This document shows positions 44,064 through 52,165 of a stretch of 56,820 nt of DNA, piece by piece. The translations under genes were made by a program, and so were the position numbers. The notes below the pieces were generated by a model that saw only the letters and a program-made list of their open reading frames with translations, was not told the DNA's origin and searched no databases. Within the stretch, counting starts at the first letter, position 1; every line of letters begins with the position of its first letter. The stretch is from Anaerolineae bacterium (lineage in GTDB: Bacteria > Chloroflexota > Anaerolineae > B4-G1). Location: NCBI GenBank assembly GCA_026418995.1, contig JAOAAG010000416.1:1-56820 (forward strand), in the 5' to 3' direction.

Positions 44064-44573
44064 ATGGGTAGGGAGTTCATTCAGACCATTTTCGCGCGTC
44101 GCAGCATCCGCAAGTACACGGACCGTCCGGTCTCCAAAGAGGATATCAGGACACTCCTCGAGGCAGCGATGGCAGCGCCCTCAGCTTCCAACCGCAAACC
44201 GTGGCGCTTCATCGTCGTCACCGAGCGGCGCACCTTGGATGCCCTGGCCGAGGCACATCCCTACGGCAAGATGCTCTACGAAGCGCCGCTGTGCATCTCC
44301 GTATGCGGTGACCTGACCGAAATGGAGCAGTTCTGGGTACAGGATTGCTCCGCTGCCACCGAGAACCTGCTCCTGGCGGCAACCGCTCTGGGCCTGGGTG
44401 CCGTCTGGCTGGGCGTCTACCCGAACCAGGAGCGCGTTGCCGCTGTGCGCGCTATCCTGGGGCTGCCGGAGACGGTCACCCCGCTCAATCTGATCTCCAT
44501 CGGCTACCCGGCAGAGGAAAAAGAACCACGCACCCAATACGATGAGTCACGGGTCCATTGGGAGCACTGGTGA
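44064..44573 (+). CDS. nitroreductase family protein
   Basis: Motifs are RRSIRKYTDRPV and APSASNRKPWRFIVV. Confidence 0.82.
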   Translation: MGREFIQTIFARRSIRKYTDRPVSKEDIRTLLEAAMAAPSASNRKPWRFIVVTERRTLDALAEAHPYGKMLYEAPLCISVCGDLTEMEQFWVQDCSAATENLLLAATALGLGAVWLGVYPNQERVAAVRAILGLPETVTPLNLISIGYPAEEKEPRTQYDESRVHWEHW

Positions 44574-45871
44574 TGGAGATACGGCAATTTATCGAGTGGG
44601 CCAGAGTGCGCGGCACCCTGGTGGAGATCGAACGAGCAGTTGATCCCTACCTGGAACTGGCGAGCATCACCGCAGCGCGTGATGGCCAGCCGGTGCTCTA
44701 TCACAGACTGAAGGGATTTGCCGCGTGGAGAGCCGTCACGGGGGTCTGCGCTCAGCGTGAGTACTTTGCGGCAGCGCTGAACTGCACCGTTGCCACGTTG
44801 ATTCAGCGCCTGGCCGACGCGATGGCCCATCCGCTCCCGCCGCCGCTTGTCCGCTCCGCGCCCTGCCAGGAAGTTGTCGAGACACGAGTAGACCTGACGC
44901 AACTACCTATCCCCCGCTACCACCCGGCCGACGGTGGGCGGTATATCACCGCCGGAGTTGCAGTCATCAAGGACCCGGACTACGGGCGCAATAGTTCGTT
45001 CCATCGGCTGATGCTTCTGGACGAGCGGCGCTTCGCCGCCCGCATTGTCGAAGGGCGGGGGACCCACACCGCGTGGAGCAAAATCAGCACTCCACTGCCT
45101 GTTGCCATCGCGATCGGCTGCCCGCTTCAGGTGCTGCTAGCCGCCGCGATGAGCCCACCTAAAGGGGTGGACGAGCTGGAGATTGCGCACGCCCTGGCTC
45201 CCACACCGCTGGTGACCTGCCAGAGCGTGGACCTGGAAGTGCCGGCGGAGGCCGAGCTGATCCTGGAAGGCCACATCACCCACACGCTGGCCGACGAAGG
45301 GCCTTTTCCCGACCTCACCGGTACGATGGACATCGTGCGCCGCCAGCCGGTGGTCGAGATTGATCGCATCACCCACCGGCGCGAGCCGATCTTTCACGCC
45401 CTGCTGCCGGGGGGACTGGAGCATAAGAACCTGATGGGGATGCCGCGTGAACCCACCATCTTCGCCGCCGTCAACGAGGTGTGTCAATGCACCGGTGTGT
45501 ACATCACACCAGGAGGCACATCCTGGCTGCACGCCGTGGTGCAGATCAACAAGCAGCATGAAGACGATGGAAAGCGGGCCATCGAAGCGGCATTCCGGGG
45601 TCACACCTCGCTTAAACACGTCGTCGTGGTGGATACGGATGTGAACATCTTCGACATCCACGATGTGGAGTGGGCCATTGCCACCCGCTTCCAGGCCGAC
45701 CGCGACCTGGTGGTGTTGACCGACCAGCCGGGCAGCAGCCTTGACCCATCGGCGGTGCAGGCGGCAGGGCAAAAGGCCCGCACGGCGAAGATGGGGCTGG
45801 ACGCTACAGCTCCCCTTGGCCAGGCCAGGCGCGGATACGAACGGGTCACCTACAGCCCGGTTCCGGAATAG
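44573..45871 (+). CDS. UbiD family (prFMN-dependent) decarboxylase
   Basis: The motif ADGGRYITAGVAVIKDPDYGRNSSFHRLML and the length fit UbiD. Its ATG overlaps the upstream TGA as TGATG. Confidence 0.78.
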   Translation: MEIRQFIEWARVRGTLVEIERAVDPYLELASITAARDGQPVLYHRLKGFAAWRAVTGVCAQREYFAAALNCTVATLIQRLADAMAHPLPPPLVRSAPCQEVVETRVDLTQLPIPRYHPADGGRYITAGVAVIKDPDYGRNSSFHRLMLLDERRFAARIVEGRGTHTAWSKISTPLPVAIAIGCPLQVLLAAAMSPPKGVDELEIAHALAPTPLVTCQSVDLEVPAEAELILEGHITHTLADEGPFPDLTGTMDIVRRQPVVEIDRITHRREPIFHALLPGGLEHKNLMGMPREPTIFAAVNEVCQCTGVYITPGGTSWLHAVVQINKQHEDDGKRAIEAAFRGHTSLKHVVVVDTDVNIFDIHDVEWAIATRFQADRDLVVLTDQPGSSLDPSAVQAAGQKARTAKMGLDATAPLGQARRGYERVTYSPVPE

Positions 45872-45877
45872 ACACGG

Positions 45878-45906
45878 TTGCACAAAATCACCGCCGTAGT
45901 TATAAT
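45878..45906 (+). promoter_or_regulatory. near-consensus sigma70 promoter TTGCAC-N17-TATAAT at the left edge of the R-M island
   Basis: Read directly from the sequence. Confidence 0.6.
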
Positions 45907-46051
45907 CACCGAAGATGAAACCGAAGTTGACACCGGGGATCTTCAAGGTAGCAGCGCATGCTTTCGCTGAACTTGGGTCGGTATATCGAGAGCTACCACC
46001 GGGTCATCGTGTCCTTACCTGGTCGGCAGGGTAGAGAAAAGGGCTTAATGC

Positions 46052-46939
46052 ATGGTTCACAGTGGACAGCCATTAGCGGAGGTTTTCGGGCATCTGGTTA
46101 CCGACCAAACCGAGGCGGCACAACGGTATCGGTCTCATCGTCTCTGTCCATTCAACAACAAAGTGCCAAATTGCACAAAAGACAAGGCGAAGGATCCCCT
46201 CGGGGTGTGCAGTATCTATCACGAGAATGAGCCTGTAATTACTTGTCCTGTCCGATTTCGCCAGGATTGGATCATAGCTGACCACGCCGCTTCCTTCTTT
46301 TTTGAGGACGGCGCGCAATGGACCTCTCTCACTGAAGTGCGTCTGAATGATGCCAATGGCAGGTTGGCTGGCAATATTGACGTGGTTCTCGTCGCTTATG
46401 ACGGTAGTGGAAAAGTCGTTGATTTTGGCGCCCTCGAGATTCAGGCTGTCTACATTTCCGGCAACGTCCGTGAACCGTTTGAGTATTACATGGATGATCC
46501 GCAAGGCAGAGCTTTCATGGATTGGTCCAGAGCACCAAACTACCCTCGTCCTGACTACCTTTCATCGTCTCGAAAGAGGCTTGTCCCTCAGCTTGTATAC
46601 AAGGGTAGAATCTTGCACAGTTGGAAAAAGAAAATCGCTGTGGCATTGAGCAGAAGCTTCTTCGCTACTCTTCCGGCTCTGAAACGGGTGCCAAGAGAAG
46701 AGGCGGATATCGCATGGCTCATCTATGACCTGAAGCTACGCTCCGAGGAGAGAGGTGGAGCTGGACGGTATTATCTTACCAAAGTGGATGAAGTGTTTAC
46801 CGAGTTCGAGCCTGCTCTGCTTTCGATAACCATACCATCGCCTGGAAGAGTTGAAGATTTCATTATGTGGCTTCAGGAAAAGCTCGATGACCAATTAGAA
46901 CCCCCTCCGACGAATCAAACCGTCGAGAAGCCGTTTTGA
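46052..46939 (+). CDS. NotI-family type II restriction endonuclease
   Basis: The motif AEVFGH...CPF..x..C.K...GVCS...ITCPVRF matches my recollection of the NotI Cys4 N-terminus. GALEIQAVYISG resembles the NotI segment VLEIQTMDFHG. Confidence 0.7.
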   Translation: MVHSGQPLAEVFGHLVTDQTEAAQRYRSHRLCPFNNKVPNCTKDKAKDPLGVCSIYHENEPVITCPVRFRQDWIIADHAASFFFEDGAQWTSLTEVRLNDANGRLAGNIDVVLVAYDGSGKVVDFGALEIQAVYISGNVREPFEYYMDDPQGRAFMDWSRAPNYPRPDYLSSSRKRLVPQLVYKGRILHSWKKKIAVALSRSFFATLPALKRVPREEADIAWLIYDLKLRSEERGGAGRYYLTKVDEVFTEFEPALLSITIPSPGRVEDFIMWLQEKLDDQLEPPPTNQTVEKPF

Positions 46940-46946
46940 TATCGCG

Positions 46947-47957
46947 ATGCAGAGACAACTACCCCTATTTTCAGAATTTACTGAGGATGTAGCTCTGCCC
47001 CGTCCGGTGAATGTGGCCTCGGTTCCACAGAGAAGCCCTTTTCGCTATCCTGGCGGCAAGACCTGGTTTGTGCCGACCTTTAGACGCTGGGTAGCCAGTA
47101 TGAAGATCAAGCCCCGGATTCTAATTGAACCATTCGCCGGCGGTGGAATTATTAGCCTTACCGCCCTCTTTGAGAATCTGGTTGAACAAGCTGTTATGGT
47201 CGAATTAGATGAGGAGGTAGCAGCAGTCTGGGAAGCCATTGTGGACGGCGATGCAGAGTGGTTAGCCTACCGGATTTTGACGTTCACAATGACAAGAGAA
47301 GCTGTTGAGGAGGAACTTCAGAAAACCCCTGCAAGCAAGAAAGAGAAAGCGTTTCAGACGATCTTGAAGAACCGAACGCTGCATGGAGGAATACTCGCCG
47401 AAGGCGCCAGCTTCATAAGGCGCGGAGAAAATGGAAAAGGAATTGGCTCCCGCTGGTATCCTAAGACACTTGCCCGGAGGCTTATCAATCTTAATCATAT
47501 CGTGGAGCGGATTGATTTCCGATGCGATGATGGACTGAGAGTGATGATGGAGTTTGCCGGTTGTGAGGATGCGATCTATTTCATTGATCCTCCTTATACC
47601 GCCGGTGGAAAGAAAGCGGGTAAACGGCTCTACAAACATCATCAGATTGACCACGAACATCTCTTTACAATATGCGAGTCACTTGCGGGCGATTTTTTGA
47701 TGACATACGATGAGGCGGAGGAAGTGAAAGTGATGGCACGCAGGCATGGGTTTCAGATGCGTTTGATCCCTATGAAGAACACTCATCACGCTACCATGAA
47801 AGAGTTAGTTATTGGGAGGGACTTATCGTGGTTGAATGATCTACCCGCTGCCTGCGAGTCTAAGGTAAGATATGTGCAGAGACAGAAACAAATGCCTGAA
47901 TCGCATCCTCCTGCCGAAGGCTATCCCGACCGTGAAGCTTTGGACAGCAGCGGTTAA
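46947..47957 (+). CDS. Dam-like (D12 class) N6-adenine DNA methyltransferase
   Basis: Motifs are FRYPGGKTW, EPFAGGG and YFIDPPYT. Confidence 0.85.
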   Translation: MQRQLPLFSEFTEDVALPRPVNVASVPQRSPFRYPGGKTWFVPTFRRWVASMKIKPRILIEPFAGGGIISLTALFENLVEQAVMVELDEEVAAVWEAIVDGDAEWLAYRILTFTMTREAVEEELQKTPASKKEKAFQTILKNRTLHGGILAEGASFIRRGENGKGIGSRWYPKTLARRLINLNHIVERIDFRCDDGLRVMMEFAGCEDAIYFIDPPYTAGGKKAGKRLYKHHQIDHEHLFTICESLAGDFLMTYDEAEEVKVMARRHGFQMRLIPMKNTHHATMKELVIGRDLSWLNDLPAACESKVRYVQRQKQMPESHPPAEGYPDREALDSSG

Positions 47958-48090
47958 GCTCAGACCAGTATAGGCTATAGCGCCAACGAATATAATACAG
48001 AGTGAGCAGAGCAAAGGTGACTTTCTGACTATTTGTACCCTGGCTTCTCCATCCAGGTCTGTCAATCCGACTGGTCAAAGGAGGCATTTC

Positions 48091-49107
48091 TTGAGCACCA
48101 TTTCCCCTGAGTTCACAACACATCTAAAGGCCACCGCATGTCTGGTGCTGTTCCTGATGGTCTCCCTGCTGCTTTCAGCGTGCGGGCAGGAGCTGGCCTT
48201 GCCCACGGTCCCTGTGACAGTCACGCCCGTGCAGACCGTTCCCGTTCCGCAACCGGGAGGGGCCACCACTGTGCCTGTGGACGTGCCCTCCCCCACCCCG
48301 ACACCTGAACCCCCTCTGGCCGCCCGGGTCAACGGTGTCCCCATCTACCTGGCCGATTACGAGCGTGAAGTGGGTCAGTACGAGGCCTCACTGAGGGCAC
48401 GGGGCATAGACCCTAACAGCCCGGAGGGGCAGGAAAGCGTGGCCCAGCACCGGGACTGGATCCTGAATGTGCTGATTGAACAGGTGCTGATCGAGCAGGA
48501 TGCAGCCGCGCAAGGGGTTACTGTGTCGGACGAAGAGGTCAACTCCCACATCCAGGCCATGATTGCCGATAGTGGCGGAGAGGAAGCCTTCAACGCCAAG
48601 CTGGCAGAGATGGGGGAGACCAGGGAAGATGTGTGGCGCAAGGCACGGGCCCAGTTGATCGGTATGAAAATGACGCAACGCGTTATTGACAGTGTGCCCA
48701 AGACGGCCGAACATGTCCATGCCTACCACATCCTGGTGGATACCCAGGAAGAAGCAGAGCGTATCCTGGCCCAGCTCCAGGCCGGCGCTGACTTCGCCAC
48801 CCTGGCCAGGAACTATTCGCAGGATGTCAGCACTCGTGATACGGGCGGCGATCTGGGCTTTTTCCCCAGAGGCATTCTGATCGCCCCCGAGGTGGAGGCA
48901 GTGGCGTTCGCCCTGCAGCCAGGCCAATTCAGCGGCGTTGTTCAGAGCATGCTTGGCTATCACATCGTGAAGGTGGTGGAGCGCGACCCGGCCCGTCCTA
49001 TCAGCCAGGAGAATCTGAGCATTCTGGAGGCACGCGCCCTGGATGAGTGGATCGAGAGGCTGTGGGCCCAGGCAGTGGTAGAGCGCTTCGTCAACACCAA
49101 CCCGTGA
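48091..49107 (+). CDS. lipoprotein peptidyl-prolyl isomerase (SurA-N plus parvulin, PrsA-like)
   Basis: The lipobox is LLLSAC. Parvulin motifs are HAYHILV, GGDLGFF and GYHIVKV. The TTG start lies 7 nt after a GGAGG RBS. Confidence 0.82.
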   Translation: MSTISPEFTTHLKATACLVLFLMVSLLLSACGQELALPTVPVTVTPVQTVPVPQPGGATTVPVDVPSPTPTPEPPLAARVNGVPIYLADYEREVGQYEASLRARGIDPNSPEGQESVAQHRDWILNVLIEQVLIEQDAAAQGVTVSDEEVNSHIQAMIADSGGEEAFNAKLAEMGETREDVWRKARAQLIGMKMTQRVIDSVPKTAEHVHAYHILVDTQEEAERILAQLQAGADFATLARNYSQDVSTRDTGGDLGFFPRGILIAPEVEAVAFALQPGQFSGVVQSMLGYHIVKVVERDPARPISQENLSILEARALDEWIERLWAQAVVERFVNTNP

Positions 49108-49178
49108 CAGGAAACAGGGTGCCGCGCTGCCCTGTTGTTCACTCGTGATAACGAGGGGTTATATCGAGGAGATTAGAG

Positions 49179-49910
49179 ATGAAAGGAGCCACACTGACGG
49201 CTAAAAAGCCGCGGGACCGCATATTTAATTCCTTGACTGTTCTGGTGCTGGTGATGACGGTATGTCTGCTGGGTTTCTACGGGGTAGTTGGTCTGAACAT
49301 TTTCAACCCGTTTCCCCGACGTCCCACTCCCCCTCCCGTCTACACCATAGCTATGCTCCCGACACCTACTGAGACGCCTACCAGAGGCATTCCCACCTGG
49401 ACGCCGACTCCCTCCCCCAGTATGACGCCAAGTCCTCGCCCGACCAATACGCGCACGCCGACGCTGACGCCCTCGCCTTTCGTCATTCCTCCGACGCCCA
49501 CCCCGCCGCCAACAGCCACCGAGACCCCCAGAGCGACTCGCTCGTACTGGCAATTCACCCACGAGGTACGGTTCATCATGCCAGCATATGGCTGCGAGTG
49601 GACGGGCGTGGCGGGCCACGTGCAGGACCTGGACGGCAACCCACTGAAAGGCTACCCGGTACATATCTGGGGAGCAGGCATTGACACGGTCATCACTGCC
49701 GGCGCCGACCAGCGCCTCAACACCATCTATAGCCATCAGGCCGCCTTTGAGCAGTTCTTCGATGCCAGGCCCAAGATTATGCAGGTGCGGGTACAGTTGC
49801 ACGACCCCTACAAACAGAACCATCCGGCGATCTCGGACGAGATCGTGCTGGACTTCCAGGGCTTCTGCGGCGGGGCATTGGCTTACGTCGTGTTCACCAA
49901 GAATCACTAA
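49179..49910 (+). CDS. hypothetical membrane-anchored protein with a Pro/Thr-rich linker
   Basis: One TM segment is followed by about 70 aa of PT-rich linker and a globular C-terminal domain of about 120 aa. I recognise no family. Confidence 0.6.
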   Translation: MKGATLTAKKPRDRIFNSLTVLVLVMTVCLLGFYGVVGLNIFNPFPRRPTPPPVYTIAMLPTPTETPTRGIPTWTPTPSPSMTPSPRPTNTRTPTLTPSPFVIPPTPTPPPTATETPRATRSYWQFTHEVRFIMPAYGCEWTGVAGHVQDLDGNPLKGYPVHIWGAGIDTVITAGADQRLNTIYSHQAAFEQFFDARPKIMQVRVQLHDPYKQNHPAISDEIVLDFQGFCGGALAYVVFTKNH

Positions 49911-49936
49911 AGTGGGCAGATGGGTGCAGCCTCTTT

Positions 49937-50764
49937 ATGGGCACGCTTTACCTGGTCGGTACTCCCATTGGGAATCTGGAGGATATCTCACTACGGGCTC
50001 TGCGCGTACTCAAAGAGGTCACGCTGATCGCTGCAGAGGACACCAGACGCGCACGTATACTGACCACCCGCTACGACATCCGCACCCCCGTCACCAGTTA
50101 CTTCGAGGGCAACAAGCTGGTCAAGCTGGAAGCGATACTCGGCGCGCTGGATGAGGGCGACGTGGCTCTCATCTCCGAGGCCGGGATGCCGGGGCTTTCC
50201 GACCCCGGCTACGAGCTGGTCTGTGCCGCTATCGCGCGCGGCTATCCCGTAACATGCGTACCTGGCCCCTCCGCTCCAGTCACGGCTCTGGTGCTCTCCG
50301 GCCTGCCGACCGATAGCTTTGTCTACCTGGGGTTTCTGCCGCGACGGCGGCGTGAGCGGCTTGCCCTTCTAACCGAGCTGGCGGGCGAACGGCGCACTCT
50401 GATCGCCTTTGAAGCGCCGCACCGCCTGCATGCCAGCCTGGCCGACCTCGAATCAACCCTGGGCGATCGTCCCGTGGCTGTGTGCCGGGAGTTGACCAAG
50501 CTACACGAAGAGGTATGGCGCGGCACCATCTCCGCCGCCCGTCATCATTTCGGAATGGTCCCGTTGCGTGGTGAGATCACCCTCGTGATCGGCGGCGCGG
50601 TGCAAGCGGATCGCAGATGGGATACGGCGCGGGTGGAGGCCGCATTAAGCGAGTTGCTGGCCCAGGGAATGTCTCGCTCCGCCGCCGCGCGACGTGTGGC
50701 TGAAATGTCCGGTTGGAGCCGGGCCGAGGTGTACGCGCTGGGCCTGAATGCCCCTGAACGATGA
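49937..50764 (+). CDS. rsmI: 16S rRNA (cytidine1402-2'-O)-methyltransferase
   Basis: The motif is TLYLVGTPIGNLEDISLRALRVLKEVTLIAAEDTR. Confidence 0.9.
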   Translation: MGTLYLVGTPIGNLEDISLRALRVLKEVTLIAAEDTRRARILTTRYDIRTPVTSYFEGNKLVKLEAILGALDEGDVALISEAGMPGLSDPGYELVCAAIARGYPVTCVPGPSAPVTALVLSGLPTDSFVYLGFLPRRRRERLALLTELAGERRTLIAFEAPHRLHASLADLESTLGDRPVAVCRELTKLHEEVWRGTISAARHHFGMVPLRGEITLVIGGAVQADRRWDTARVEAALSELLAQGMSRSAAARRVAEMSGWSRAEVYALGLNAPER

Positions 50765-51984
50765 CCGATCATTCCCTCCCCCTCCTCTCTCCCGAAGAAG
50801 AGGCTATGCTCGCAGGTGAATGTGGCCCAGGCGTGCAAAGGGCGATGGAGATCGTCGTTGCACTGGGACGTATCTACCGTGCCCATCGTCTGCTGCCGGT
50901 GACCTCGGTACAGGTGGCAGGGGTAAGCTACCGTAACCTGGGAGAGGCCGGATTGGAGTTCCTCTCCGAGTGGGCGGCACAAGGCGCACGAGTGCGTGTC
51001 CCGACGACGTTGAACCCGGCGGGAATGGACTTGTCGGCCTGGCGCGAGCTGGGATTTGCTCCCTCATTTGCTGATCGCCAGTTGGCAGTGATAGCGACCT
51101 TCAGTAAACTGGGCGTGCGGACGACCTGTACCTGTACCCCGTACCTGGTGGGGAATGTGCCCGGCTCAGGGGAGCATGTGGCCTGGGCAGAGTCCTCCGC
51201 TGTCGCCTACGCTAACGCGGTGTTAGGAGCACGCACCAACCGGGAGGGAGGTCCCAGCGCCCTGGCCGCTGCCATCACCGGACGTACCCCTGCTTACGGA
51301 CTCCACCTGGACGAAAACCGACGCGCCACGCTGCGGGTGCTGGTGCGCTGTCCGGTACGCACCCTCTCAGATTTCGGAGCCCTGGGATACCTGGTGGGTA
51401 AGAGGGCCCGCAATGGCGTGCCTTGCTTCCTCGGCCTGGAGGGAGCCTCCGACGCCGCACTGAAGGCACTGGGCGCCGCGATGGCAGCCTCCGGGGCAGT
51501 AGCGCTGTACCACGTCATTGGGGTTACCCCGGAGTCCGATCGGCCCGACCTTCTATCCCCTGATTGCGAGCCGTTCGTCGTGGATGAGCTCAGCTCCGCC
51601 TATGCGGCGCTGAACGCAGATGCGCGCGAGATTGATCTGGTCTGGTTCGGCTGCCCCCACGCTGACCTGGAAGAGATCAGGGAGATAGCACATTCGATAG
51701 GTGGCCGACGCCTGCGGAGTAAGTTATGGGTCACTGTAGCGCGAGAGGTACGGGAGCTGGCCGCGAAGGAGGGATTGGCCGAAGCGCTGGAATCAGCAGG
51801 CGGACGCCTGGTGTCCGATATGTGCGTGGCTATCGCGCCGGTGAAGGAGCTGGGCTTGCGTACCCTGGCGACCCCGTCTGCAAAGGGAGCGGTGTACGCT
51901 TCCTCCCATGCCGGCCTGAAGGTACGCTACGGCTCCGTGGAACAATGTGTAGAGGCAGCGGTAGCGGGCCGCTGGCCGGGATAA
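50761..51984 (+). CDS. aconitase X (DUF521) large/catalytic subunit
   Basis: The N-terminus is EEEAMLAGECGPGVQRAMEIVVALGRIY...VTSVQVAGVSY...GARVRVPTTLNPAGMD. It has an ATGA overlap with rsmI. Confidence 0.72.
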   Translation: MTDHSLPLLSPEEEAMLAGECGPGVQRAMEIVVALGRIYRAHRLLPVTSVQVAGVSYRNLGEAGLEFLSEWAAQGARVRVPTTLNPAGMDLSAWRELGFAPSFADRQLAVIATFSKLGVRTTCTCTPYLVGNVPGSGEHVAWAESSAVAYANAVLGARTNREGGPSALAAAITGRTPAYGLHLDENRRATLRVLVRCPVRTLSDFGALGYLVGKRARNGVPCFLGLEGASDAALKALGAAMAASGAVALYHVIGVTPESDRPDLLSPDCEPFVVDELSSAYAALNADAREIDLVWFGCPHADLEEIREIAHSIGGRRLRSKLWVTVAREVRELAAKEGLAEALESAGGRLVSDMCVAIAPVKELGLRTLATPSAKGAVYASSHAGLKVRYGSVEQCVEAAVAGRWPG

Positions 51985-52165
51985 CCCTCTTGCAGCACAG
52001 CCTTTCCGGCCCATCCAGCGAGCTACAGGCAGGCTAACAGCCCCCCTTGCGCATACGCTTTGCCGAGCTCCGCTGACAGTTGCCAATTCGCCCCATATTT
52101 GGTACACTACCAATAACCTGCTGAAAGGCATGCTGTGCCCCTTAACCTGCAATGGATTGGTGAAT

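Noticed and set aside
49330-49520. Short repeated ACGCC/CCGAC-type units that could look like a repeat array
   Set aside because: They encode a Pro/Thr-rich linker (PTPTETPT...) inside the 49179-49910 CDS. There is no regular repeat-spacer structure, so this is not a CRISPR array.
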